DNA of 64,000 bases, from the sequence record PQ656108.1. One strand, given 5' to 3'. A program made the translations under genes and the position numbers. This DNA comes from Acinetobacter phage At2. Positions 9,709 through 17,754 of the stretch are shown here, in pieces (positions within the stretch are counted from its first letter, which is position 1; every line of letters starts with the position of its first letter). The notes beneath the pieces were generated by a model. That model saw nothing but the letters and a program-made list of their open reading frames with translations, was not told the DNA's origin and searched no databases.

Positions 9709-10311
9709 ATGTCTCTAATCAATGTAAATCCAAAGCCTGCTTGTGAAATGGTTAACGTAAACTACCTTGGCGGTACAATGGATATTCCTGCCCATCATAG
9801 CTGGGTAGGTGCTGCAAAGATCACAGTATGTGGTGTACGTGCGTATGCTCTACTTTCTTTTGCTGAACGCCCTGCAGTAACTGCAAATGGATCATTTGAT
9901 TTGTCAACAGGTACTAATGACTTCTGCGTACTACAAGAAGTTGGTTTAATGCCTACAGGCGAGCAAACTCTTCGTAAAGTGAACAACCTCACTTCAGATG
10001 ACATTCTACAAGCAAACGTAGAAGAGCTTACTTATAAAGTACGTTCAATCTTAGAAGATGAAACCACGTCTGTAGATGAAAAACTTGCTGATTTGTTATG
10101 CACCTCACACGGAGTATTCCCTGATTTCATGGCACATCAAGTTCCTACAGCATTAGCTGCTGCAGAAGAAGAAATTGAAGCAGAATCTAAATCAGAAGCT
10201 GCACCTGAAATTGCTGAAGTTGCTCTAGGTGATTTGCCTCCAGAAGTTAAACACTTCGTAGAAGCTCTAAGTGCTCAAGGCGCTACCGTACGTGTACATC
10301 GTGTTGGTTAA
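9709..10311 (+). CDS. hypothetical protein with acidic C-terminal tail
   Basis: ORF 9658-10311; start moved to ATG 9709, which has an AGGA RBS. Confidence 0.45.
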   Translation: MSLINVNPKPACEMVNVNYLGGTMDIPAHHSWVGAAKITVCGVRAYALLSFAERPAVTANGSFDLSTGTNDFCVLQEVGLMPTGEQTLRKVNNLTSDDILQANVEELTYKVRSILEDETTSVDEKLADLLCTSHGVFPDFMAHQVPTALAAAEEEIEAESKSEAAPEIAEVALGDLPPEVKHFVEALSAQGATVRVHRVG

Positions 10312-10326
10312 TAGCCTTTAATGAAT

Positions 10327-10352
10327 AGCCCCTCACGGGGCTTTTCTTTTTA
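10327..10352 (+). terminator. rho-independent terminator
   Basis: AGCCCC-tcac-GGGGCT followed by TTTCTTTTT. Confidence 0.6.
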
Positions 10353-10404
10353 TACACAACAGATTACTAGGCATGGTGATCTGTTCTTTATAGGAAGACA
10401 GTCA

Positions 10405-10674
10405 ATGCGTAATAGGCCTTTTCAAATTTATGTGACAGAAACCACGCATAAAGAGTTTTTACTTAAGCTCTTACAGAAGCAGGCTAACCATAACGTGCAT
10501 TACATGCATGATTACTTTTTACTTACACGTGATCTTCAATTCTTATCTTCTAGGCCTTGGCCTGTAAGAGATCCTACAGCATTCACGTTAATTGATTTTA
10601 CAAATGCTTTGTATGAAGAGCTTATGGTTCTGCCTAGTGAACAGTCTCAAATTGTTTATTTGTTTGGTGTTTGA
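10405..10674 (+). CDS. C-terminal-motif family protein
   Basis: ALYEELMVLPSEQSQIVYLFGV; start moved downstream of the terminator (track start 10321 lies in the hairpin). Confidence 0.45.
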   Translation: MRNRPFQIYVTETTHKEFLLKLLQKQANHNVHYMHDYFLLTRDLQFLSSRPWPVRDPTAFTLIDFTNALYEELMVLPSEQSQIVYLFGV

Positions 10675-10736
10675 CGCTCTTCGAGCGTTGTGTTGGTTTG
10701 GAACCATCCATCAACAATCAAACAAAGGTATAGAAC

Positions 10737-10940
10737 ATGTTCTCATCAAACTTTTCAGATCGCTTTAAGAAGGCCATGTCAGGCTTTCAAAAAGCACATG
10801 ACGATTTAACAGCATTACGTGCAGACGTTAATGTTGAAACCAGTAAAACAGAAGAGCACTTAGCTAAATTGAAAGAAGCATCAAAGCAGATTGATACTTC
10901 TCTTAGCAATCTTGCTCCTTTTGTTAAGACAGAACAGTAA
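10737..10940 (+). CDS. small helical/coiled-coil protein (67 aa)
   Basis: ORF with charged helical composition. Confidence 0.4.
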   Translation: MFSSNFSDRFKKAMSGFQKAHDDLTALRADVNVETSKTEEHLAKLKEASKQIDTSLSNLAPFVKTEQ

Positions 10941-11002
10941 TGCCACCCGACACATTACTAAGTATGTCCTAGTTAGAGTTCTAGTCAAAAACTCACTTAC
11001 AC

Positions 11003-11077
11003 ACGCCATTAGCTCAGTTGGATAGTAGCAATCTCCTCCTAAGAGATAGGTCACAGGTTCGAGTCCTGTATGGCGTA
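11003..11077 (+). tRNA. tRNA-Arg (anticodon CCT; CCU in RNA)
   Basis: Cloverleaf read by eye: 7-bp acceptor ACGCCAT/ATGGCGT; anticodon stem ATCTC/GAGAT with loop CTCCTAA; T-arm ACAGG-TTCGAGT-CCTGT; discriminator A and encoded CCA. Confidence 0.75.
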
Positions 11078-11094
11078 CCACATTTGAGGTCACT

Positions 11095-11451
11095 ATGAAC
11101 GTGTACATTGAATTAACCAGAGAAAATCTGGAGTTCTGTAAGAAGCAACTCAAACCTGTCTGGGCAGATGGTTTAACTGTAGAAAGGGCTAATGAAATAT
11201 TCGTTGAACTTAATTCCATGTCTTATGGTGCAGTTAGGGCAACTAGGTCTCAGCGCACCCGTACAGTAGTAGAGCTAGAACACTTAAAAGAACTGGCTTT
11301 ATTACCTTGCAAGGAATCACGTAAAGCTTACTTAAAACACGTAGGTAAAGTTATTACTTATAACCTGCATGAACAGAATGGTGAGTGGTGCCGTGTGATT
11401 AAAGAATCAGTACCCTATGCGGAGTTTTATCCAGATGAATCTGTACATTAA
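11095..11451 (+). CDS. C-terminal-motif family protein (118 aa, motif followed by an extension)
   Basis: ELEHLKELALLPCKESRKAYLKHV. Confidence 0.5.
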   Translation: MNVYIELTRENLEFCKKQLKPVWADGLTVERANEIFVELNSMSYGAVRATRSQRTRTVVELEHLKELALLPCKESRKAYLKHVGKVITYNLHEQNGEWCRVIKESVPYAEFYPDESVH

Positions 11452-11719
11452 AAACACTGTTGAAAATCAACAATTAGTTTCTAAGCTACTTGAGCCTAGT
11501 GATTATGTCCAACTTTTTGATAGTAGTAATGATTACATCATCATTAATATTCCTCAGTTAACGTATGAGTTCTACACTCCTACTTATCAGTACACCGCTA
11601 AGATAGTAAATACGTGTGACATTGAAGTTATACGTGAGCTTACGTTAATGCCTTCTATTGAAGCTGTTATTACGTATGCTTATCACCATGCTGTGTTAAA
11701 GCCAATAGGTGATATATGA
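11435..11719 (+). CDS. C-terminal-motif family protein
   Basis: VIRELTLMPSIEAVITYAYHH; start adjusted from 11417. Confidence 0.45.
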   Translation: MNLYIKNTVENQQLVSKLLEPSDYVQLFDSSNDYIIINIPQLTYEFYTPTYQYTAKIVNTCDIEVIRELTLMPSIEAVITYAYHHAVLKPIGDI

Positions 11720-12009
11720 GTCAGCTTGTCTATGTGCGTGCTTACTGTACGCCTGAATTAATTGAACTTGCAAAGAAACATGACTCTACTCCAAAAGCTG
11801 CTTTTAATGTGCCTGAATCACATTGGCACCACATAAGACTACGCCTTAATGACATGTCACTATTAGTGTCATTTTATGAGGTTCAGCACGAAACCATATA
11901 TGTCCCTGCACATATTATGTTGGCTTTATTCGAGTTACCTACTCATGCTGAGAGGTTAGAACTTATTAAAATATTTGGTGTTACTAAAGAGGGTTCACTA
12001 CCCTACTGA
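11716..12009 (+). CDS. C-terminal-motif family protein (97 aa)
   Basis: IMLALFELPTHAERLELIKIF. Confidence 0.45.
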   Translation: MSQLVYVRAYCTPELIELAKKHDSTPKAAFNVPESHWHHIRLRLNDMSLLVSFYEVQHETIYVPAHIMLALFELPTHAERLELIKIFGVTKEGSLPY

Positions 12010-12209
12010 ACAATCTTAGGATTGTTTAGGCGAACTGTCTTGCTATCTAGCCTATCCTTGAAGCGGGTAGTACCTAGGTGTTACATAGTGGCTGCAACTA
12101 CTCAGTGGGGAGTATTAGCTCTAATCTTGCAGGATTATCTAGCTCCCTTAGACAGTTCACCTAAGCAATTCTGCTTAATCCCCGAATGACAAACCAAAGG
12201 AATTACTCC

Positions 12210-12815
12210 ATGTCTCATATTCAAGTTGAACAAGCAAACCGTGTATTAACACAAACAACAGCACAATTACAAAAAGCATCTGCAAGCCTAGCTGCTTCTA
12301 TTGAAGCTCAGGTACAAGATCTTCAACACAATGCAAACAAACTTGCATCACAAGAAGATCAAATTGCTGCTAACGACAAACGCATTGATGCTGAAGTACG
12401 TGAAGCTTCTGCTGAAATTGCATTACGTGTAAAAGAAAACTCTTCTGCCGTATTGACTGAATTATTGGCTGATCGCCAGTTAGTTGCATTACCTCATGCA
12501 GAAGTAGTGGCACTTGAAAACCGTGCTACACAAGCAGAAGCAGAAGCAGAAGCTAAAGTAAATGCTGCTGTTAAAGCTGCTGTTAATAGTGCAAACACAC
12601 GTCATGAGCAAGATATGCTTGCTGTTGCTTCAAAGCATAAAGTTGAAATTGCTCAACTTACTGCAAATGCAAAATCTGATGAAAGCACTATTGAAATGCT
12701 TCGTGCTCAAGTGGACTCACTTCAAGAGACTATTGCTGCAAACCGTGACGCTGAAACTAAGCGTATGGAAGCATTGTCTCGTCCTGCTGTAAATGTAACT
12801 ACATCAGGTAAGTAA
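12210..12815 (+). CDS. Ala/Gln/Glu-rich coiled-coil protein
   Basis: Long helical heptad-like sequence including AEAEAEAKVNAAVKAAV; start uncertain (track 12186). Confidence 0.5.
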   Translation: MSHIQVEQANRVLTQTTAQLQKASASLAASIEAQVQDLQHNANKLASQEDQIAANDKRIDAEVREASAEIALRVKENSSAVLTELLADRQLVALPHAEVVALENRATQAEAEAEAKVNAAVKAAVNSANTRHEQDMLAVASKHKVEIAQLTANAKSDESTIEMLRAQVDSLQETIAANRDAETKRMEALSRPAVNVTTSGK

Positions 12816-12868
12816 CAAGTTTTAGCAACTGAGCTATCAACTCAGTAAAGACTAAACCAAGGAGACAA

Positions 12869-13162
12869 ATGATGGTTAACTTCTACGGTCTCAATCTAAC
12901 AGTGGTTGATAAGCAAAAGCTTATTCAACTATTAGATGAAGCAGGTTGTCGCTATATAAGTGTGGATGAGCTTAGGGGTGATCTTCGATCACTTCTAGTT
13001 AGCACATCCAAACGTGGCATGACAGATGGGAAATATTCCCCAGACTACTTGCATTGGACTTCTGCCCATAATGCAGCATTAGAGGTACTACCTCTTGAAG
13101 CAAGGCTAGAGTACTTTGAAGCCGAGTGTTTAAGTCATTTACAGACCCAACTCAGCCCTTGA
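12869..13162 (+). CDS. C-terminal-motif family protein (97 aa)
   Basis: SAHNAALEVLPLEARLEYFEAE. Confidence 0.5.
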   Translation: MMVNFYGLNLTVVDKQKLIQLLDEAGCRYISVDELRGDLRSLLVSTSKRGMTDGKYSPDYLHWTSAHNAALEVLPLEARLEYFEAECLSHLQTQLSP

Positions 13163-13203
13163 GGGCACTTGGTTTAGTTGAGCTAATTTAAGGGAGAATC
13201 CCT

Positions 13204-13458
13204 ATGCAATTTTACATAATGATGGCAATTGTCACCTTCATTATTTTGGTGATTCGTACTCACATTGTAAGACGTAAAGAAGGAATGGATCCTTATAAGA
13301 TGGAAGGCTTTGTAGCCTACTATGCGTTATTAGCAATAGCATCTTGCTTATGGATCCTGACATGGCCTTGTCTAATCATCTACGGTGTAATTGAATTAAT
13401 TACTTATCTATTAGATAAGTCAGTACTCCGTAAATACCTTAAAAAGGAAAAACCATAA
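13204..13458 (+). CDS. small membrane protein (84 aa, two TM)
   Basis: Hydrophobic helices MAIVTFIILVI and ALLAIASCLWILTWPCLIIYGVI. Confidence 0.45.
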   Translation: MQFYIMMAIVTFIILVIRTHIVRRKEGMDPYKMEGFVAYYALLAIASCLWILTWPCLIIYGVIELITYLLDKSVLRKYLKKEKP

Positions 13459-14276
13459 TGTTTAAGTCATTACGTGGCGTTGCACTAGCTATCTGTGCTG
13501 CCATTGCCTTTGCAGGTTGTTCACCTGTAGTTAAAGTTAGTGATGCCGAAGTAGGTATCCGTGAAACCTTCTCAGGTGAAATTAAAGACAAAGTCTTAGA
13601 GCAAGGCTTCCACCAAAAGGTTGTTGGTAATGTTATCAAGGTATCTAAACGTAACTTGGTACTTACAGTTAAAACCAACCCGATTACTGTAGAAAAAGTT
13701 CCTATGTCGCAGTTTGTGACTAAGATCAACTACGGTATTAATCCTGCAATGGCTGCTGTTGCCTATAAGACAGAAAAGTCTCAGAACTTAGATGTTGATG
13801 GTGAAGTGCTGCTGCTAGGTAAGTATGTAAGTGATATCACTGATGCTGCTGTACAGACTGCTGTAAGCAAGTACAAAGCCTTAGAGGTGAATGATCACCG
13901 TACTGAACTTGAAGCTGCCATTAAATCTGAACTAAACAAGCGTCTTAAGCTTGGTGGTAAAGATGTGTATGTCACAGTCAATGAAGTAAATATCTTGGCA
14001 GTGAAACCACACGAATCAATCATTGCTTCATCTTTGGCAATTGTTAACTCTCAGAACGCTTTGAAAACTAAGCAGAATGAGCTTGAAACAGCCAAGGTAG
14101 AAACAGAAGTAAAACGTGTCTTAGCAGAGAATGCCTCTGAAAAGTACATTGATTTACAACGTGCAGAAGCTGAAATGTTGAAATCACAGGCCCTATTAGA
14201 AGCTGCTAAGAAAGGTACATTAAACACTATGGTTATTGTTCCTGAAAAGTTCAGCGCATTGGGTGCCGTTAAGTAA
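13458..14276 (+). CDS. lipoprotein with SPFH/band-7-like domain (putative)
   Basis: Signal peptide plus lipobox FAGC; C-terminal Ala/Glu-rich helix (LQRAEAEMLKSQALLEAAKKG) typical of prohibitin/HflKC-like proteins; family call is a motif-level inference. Confidence 0.5.
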   Translation: MFKSLRGVALAICAAIAFAGCSPVVKVSDAEVGIRETFSGEIKDKVLEQGFHQKVVGNVIKVSKRNLVLTVKTNPITVEKVPMSQFVTKINYGINPAMAAVAYKTEKSQNLDVDGEVLLLGKYVSDITDAAVQTAVSKYKALEVNDHRTELEAAIKSELNKRLKLGGKDVYVTVNEVNILAVKPHESIIASSLAIVNSQNALKTKQNELETAKVETEVKRVLAENASEKYIDLQRAEAEMLKSQALLEAAKKGTLNTMVIVPEKFSALGAVK

Positions 14277-14535
14277 TTGGTGTATTGTGAGTAAATTCCA
14301 CATTAGGGCTGCAACAGCCTATAAAGTAATTAATGAATTAGGTTTTAGACCTGACAGGTTTACTTTACCACCTACACCAGAAAGTAATTCTCTTTATGGT
14401 GTAAATTTTAAGTTACGTACTGTGTTTTATATGACTCGGTCAGATAAACCAAGACGCAATCTTTCATTTGAAGAGATACGTGAGTTATCAATATTACCTA
14501 TTGAAGCTCATGATGTTTGGATTGAAAATCTTTGA
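14236..14535 (+). CDS. C-terminal-motif family protein (start uncertain)
   Basis: C-terminus SFEEIRELSILPIEAHDVWIENL. Confidence 0.4.
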   Translation: MFLKSSAHWVPLSNWCIVSKFHIRAATAYKVINELGFRPDRFTLPPTPESNSLYGVNFKLRTVFYMTRSDKPRRNLSFEEIRELSILPIEAHDVWIENL

Positions 14536-14556
14536 ACCCTTCGGGTTCTTTTGCGG
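14534..14556 (+). terminator. rho-independent terminator
   Basis: GAACCC-ttcg-GGTTC followed by TTTTG. Confidence 0.6.
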
Positions 14557-14585
14557 TTTGTCTCTTTGGAGACAGACCCACTATG

Positions 14586-14655
14586 GTGTGTGTAGCACGG
14601 TCTGGTAGTGCATCAGTCATGAAGAAGGTCGTAGGTTCGAATCCTACCACACATC
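14586..14655 (+). ncRNA. degenerate tRNA-like element (possible tRNA pseudogene)
   Basis: Acceptor GTGTGTG/CACACAT, D-arm GCAC-GGTCTGGTA-GTGC and perfect T-arm GTAGG-TTCGAAT-CCTAC. Only 18 nt lie between the D- and T-arms, so no canonical 17-nt anticodon arm plus variable loop fits. Confidence 0.35.
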
Positions 14656-14662
14656 CGCGATG

Positions 14663-14737
14663 GTCGAGGTAGCTCAGTAGGTAGAGCAGTGGACGATAAT
14701 CCAAAGGTCGCAGGTTCGATTCCTAGCCCTGACCCCA
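14663..14737 (+). ncRNA. tRNA-like element with non-canonical anticodon loop and mismatched T-stem (possible tRNA pseudogene or atypical tRNA)
   Basis: Acceptor GTCGAGG/CCCTGAC (one A.C mismatch) plus encoded CCA; canonical D-arm GCTC-AGTAGGTA-GAGC; anticodon region forms only a 4-bp stem with a 6-nt loop CGATAA; T-stem has two mismatches. Confidence 0.35.
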
Positions 14738-15480
14738 AACATTATTGGGCATGAAGAAACATCTTACTTACAGGTTCATCAGCAGCCTGTTACGGGTACT
14801 ATGTAGTCCCGTCTTGTCCACCAAATATTAAAGAATTAAACCAAGGCCAATAACACGGCTCCCTTACTCTGCAGGTTAGGGATAACAAGTTGAGGTATGG
14901 TAAGTGATTACGTATAGCTTCCCCTTGGTTTGATGGGCAGTGAGCTTAAAGCCACTGTCTCCTATGGCGAGACCCAACAATATTATGGTTGGTGAGCTTC
15001 TACCACCTATGGTCTAAATAGGTCAATAAGACTAACAGTGCAATGCTAGTGATTACGGAGTAGATCTTCCGAAAGCTAGTAACACTGTTATTGCTCTTAT
15101 TGGGTTGCAAACATGACAACTCAGAACATATCAGTGGTGAGGTTAAATCTCCTGTGACCCATGTAAATATGACTGCATAGAGGCTTTAATACTGGTTTAG
15201 CCTGGAAGGAAGAGGGTAGCTCCCGACTTACCTATAACCATACTAGAGATTCGTCATCTCTGGGTGTTTGCAACGCCAATAAGAGTACCTCTGCCCCGAC
15301 TTGTGGCATTAGCTTCCTGCTGTATGACAGGTGACCTCCAAAGCTAGTATCTTCCTTTAGTGTTTACCTCATAGGCACTAAATAGAGACGTAACGAGTAA
15401 GCCAAGGGCAATCACCCTGAATGCCATGTTTTCCCTATGGTGGCGATCAAGGGAACCAAATTAACCTTTAACCTCTTTTA
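14738..15480 (+). ncRNA. candidate large structured non-coding RNA (about 750 nt, ORF-free)
   Basis: No ORF of 60 aa or more on either strand; lies between tRNA-like elements and a strong terminator; long-range complementary segments (GTTGCAAACA near 15105 and TGTTTGCAAC near 15265). Confidence 0.35.
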
Positions 15481-15517
15481 CCCTACATCTTCCCCAAGGA
15501 TGTAGGGTATTTTTTTA
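15481..15517 (+). terminator. rho-independent terminator
   Basis: CCCTACATC-ttccccaag-GATGTAGGG followed by TATTTTTTT. Confidence 0.7.
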
Positions 15518-15533
15518 ACCCAAGGAACAAAAC

Positions 15534-15845
15534 ATGGATATTGCAAATTTAGTGCTTGAATTAGCTAAACCCGAGCATCTCATCTACATAAATGTTTTAG
15601 GTGTAATCACTACACTGAAACATGATTGTATTGATGGTTACGTAGGGTTAGACGCATCAGGTGAACTGTACTATTACGATAAAAAACCTATGCCTTGGGC
15701 AGATTATGGTTGGAGTCGTGGAATAGGTGGTGAATCACGCTTACTATTAAACCTCAGACAGTTTATTAATATAAATGAGGGTGAATTCCCTTATCAAAAT
15801 GTATGTTTCCCTGTCAGGGAAATACTTATAAAGGCACCAGTATGA
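15534..15845 (+). CDS. hypothetical protein, paralog A of a duplicated pair
   Basis: MDIANLVLELAKPEHLIYINVLGV... resembles the N-terminus of the next gene. Confidence 0.5.
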   Translation: MDIANLVLELAKPEHLIYINVLGVITTLKHDCIDGYVGLDASGELYYYDKKPMPWADYGWSRGIGGESRLLLNLRQFININEGEFPYQNVCFPVREILIKAPV

Positions 15846-16165
15846 ACATCCCTGAAATAGCTCTTGAGCTTTCCAACCCTAACTCAGTGGGTTATGTAAA
15901 TTATCTAGGCTTAATCTTACCTATTCCTATGGACTATATGGCAGAAGGTTATATAGCTACTGATCAGTCTGGACAGACTTATGTATATAACTTTGAGCCT
16001 TATTTAGATTCAGATAAACAGTGGTCGCCTTCATTTATAAACAACCCTATGGCTAAGATACAACACGTTACTGACTTAAGGGGATTCTTAGGACAGTTCT
16101 GTTCTATAGATGCTAGTGAGCTGTGTATTAAACTTTCTGAAATTCAGGTTAATCCTATCTATTGA
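15842..16165 (+). CDS. hypothetical protein, paralog B of a duplicated pair
   Basis: MNIPEIALELSNPNSVGYVNYLGL...; start adjusted from track 15803. Confidence 0.5.
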   Translation: MNIPEIALELSNPNSVGYVNYLGLILPIPMDYMAEGYIATDQSGQTYVYNFEPYLDSDKQWSPSFINNPMAKIQHVTDLRGFLGQFCSIDASELCIKLSEIQVNPIY

Positions 16166-16201
16166 CAGGGCTTCGCCCTGTTGAGTGGTTGGGTTCCCAA
16201 C
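16166..16201. promoter_or_regulatory. two tandem short hairpins (CAGGGC-ttc-GCCCTG and GTTGG-gttc-CCAAC)
   Basis: Perfect short inverted repeats, the first with a 3-nt loop, just upstream of the HTH gene; possible hairpin promoters or processing sites. Confidence 0.3.
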
Positions 16202-16270
16202 TAAACAGATGGCTTAAGGAATAGAAGTATTCCTAAGCCATTTACCATTAATTACTTTTAAGGAATTCTT

Positions 16271-16564
16271 ATGAAATCCCGTAAACCACTTACACCTTCC
16301 GAAGCTGTAGTTGTTGTCGCTGAATGGCAGCGTCCTAAAGGTGAACGCCCTACTCAGGAAGATTTAGCACTCCGCTTCAATGTTGCTCCTGTAACTATTC
16401 GCCGTGCTTTAGCCGAAGCAGGTCTTATGGAACTGAAAGGCTATAAGACAGAAAAGGAAACTGCAATCATTGAGTTCCTTAAATCTCAAGGTCTTAACGA
16501 TTTAGATGCTTTACGCAAATTCATTGTTAAGGCACGGAATAAACAACGTGGCAAACAAAATTAA
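16271..16564 (+). CDS. putative HTH DNA-binding protein (97 aa)
   Basis: LALRFNVAPVTIRRALAEAGL resembles a helix-turn-helix. Confidence 0.45.
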   Translation: MKSRKPLTPSEAVVVVAEWQRPKGERPTQEDLALRFNVAPVTIRRALAEAGLMELKGYKTEKETAIIEFLKSQGLNDLDALRKFIVKARNKQRGKQN

Positions 16565-16745
16565 GCCAGAGTTCATACCTGTATATCCTGTATCGGACTC
16601 TTTAGATGACGCATGGGAACACATGCGTTCCCAATTACCAATTGATTCAATCAATGACTTAAAAAGTCTTGTATCCCAATACCACAACACGCTCATAGCT
16701 GAGCTAACTGAACTGGAAAAAGAAAATGGAAACCACATTAAATAA
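16506..16745 (+). CDS. hypothetical small protein (start uncertain)
   Basis: ORF overlapping the previous gene end; the true start may be downstream. Confidence 0.35.
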   Translation: MLYANSLLRHGINNVANKIKPEFIPVYPVSDSLDDAWEHMRSQLPIDSINDLKSLVSQYHNTLIAELTELEKENGNHIK

Positions 16746-17748
16746 AGCTGCTGACCTTATTACTAGCTTCATCTTAGCAGACATCCCTGTAAACCTTATT
16801 GGTTCACCAGGTGTAGGTAAATCCGACATTATCAAACAAGTAGCTGACAAGCTTAACCTTAAAGTTATTGACTTCCGTTTGTCTACTGCTGACCCAACTG
16901 ACTTAACTGGTTTACCATTCGTTGAAGATGGTCGTAGCGTATTCTTACCAAACGTAGCGTTCCCTATCGAAAAAGATGTGGTACCAGAAGGCTATACAGG
17001 TTGGTTACTGTTCCTTGACGAAATCTCGAACGCACCTATGGCTGTTCAAGCTGCTGCCTATAAACTGATCCTAGATCGTGAAGTAGGTTTGCACAACTTA
17101 CATCCAGAAGTGAAGATCGTATCTGCAGGTAACAAAATGACTGATGGTGCTGCTGTAACTGGTGAAATGTCTACGGCATTGAAATCACGTATGGCTCACA
17201 TCAATATCATTCATAGCCTTGAAGTCTGGTTAGACTGGGCAATGGCTGCAGGTGTTCACCACTCGATCACTTCTTACTTGAAGTTCAGTATCAAAGACTT
17301 CTACCGCTTTGATCCTAAAGATAAAGCTGACACCTTCCCTTGTCCTCGTACATGGGCAATGGCTGACAAGCTTGTACAATCATTAGGCACAAACAGTCCT
17401 TTGTTACGTGATGCATTAAGTGCCACTATCTCTGATGGTGTAGCAACTAACTACATCAACTTCTGTAAGAACTTCGCAAACCTTCCTACATTTGCAGACA
17501 TTGTTAAAGATCCTGAAAATGCTGAAGTGCCTCGTGAATTATCTTCATGCTTTGCAATCTCAGGTTCTATCGGTTCACAAACTGATATCACTACTGTAGA
17601 TCAAGTGATGAAGTACATTGACCGTATGCCTATGGAATTCCAACTGTGTACTTTTAACGACTTCGTTAAACGTAACCCAGGTCTTGCAGCAAACACATCT
17701 GTACGTGGCTGGTTACGTAAAAACGCACCTCATTTAACTTCTGATTAA
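16726..17748 (+). CDS. MoxR-like AAA+ ATPase
   Basis: Walker A GSPGVGKSD, Walker B LLFLDEISNA, sensor ALKSRMAHI; arrangement resembles the MoxR family. Confidence 0.75.
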   Translation: METTLNKAADLITSFILADIPVNLIGSPGVGKSDIIKQVADKLNLKVIDFRLSTADPTDLTGLPFVEDGRSVFLPNVAFPIEKDVVPEGYTGWLLFLDEISNAPMAVQAAAYKLILDREVGLHNLHPEVKIVSAGNKMTDGAAVTGEMSTALKSRMAHINIIHSLEVWLDWAMAAGVHHSITSYLKFSIKDFYRFDPKDKADTFPCPRTWAMADKLVQSLGTNSPLLRDALSATISDGVATNYINFCKNFANLPTFADIVKDPENAEVPRELSSCFAISGSIGSQTDITTVDQVMKYIDRMPMEFQLCTFNDFVKRNPGLAANTSVRGWLRKNAPHLTSD

Positions 17749-17754
17749 TAGTTA

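Noticed and set aside
9138-10004. Minus-strand ORFs 9138-9353, 9298-9504 and 9795-10004 overlapping plus-strand family genes
   Set aside because: They are antisense to a dense, consistently plus-strand gene array, and the flanking terminators are oriented for plus-strand transcription.
10881-11219. Minus-strand 112-aa ORF spanning the tRNA-Arg
   Set aside because: It overlaps a well-formed tRNA and the start of a plus-strand gene; it is a spurious open frame.
12562-12792. Alternative-frame ORF inside the coiled-coil gene
   Set aside because: It is Leu/Lys low complexity produced by frame shift of a GCT/GAA-rich gene; the main frame is better supported.
14498-14704. Minus-strand 68-aa ORF across the terminator and tRNA-like elements
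   Set aside because: It overlaps structured RNA elements and is an artefact of an open frame.
14868-14890. Sequence TTAGGGATAACAAG resembling the I-SceI / rRNA GGGATAACAG core
   Set aside because: Only an 11-nt match. No flanking rRNA-like sequence or endonuclease gene is nearby, so this is most likely coincidence, but it sits inside the ncRNA candidate and should be re-examined if that RNA is validated.
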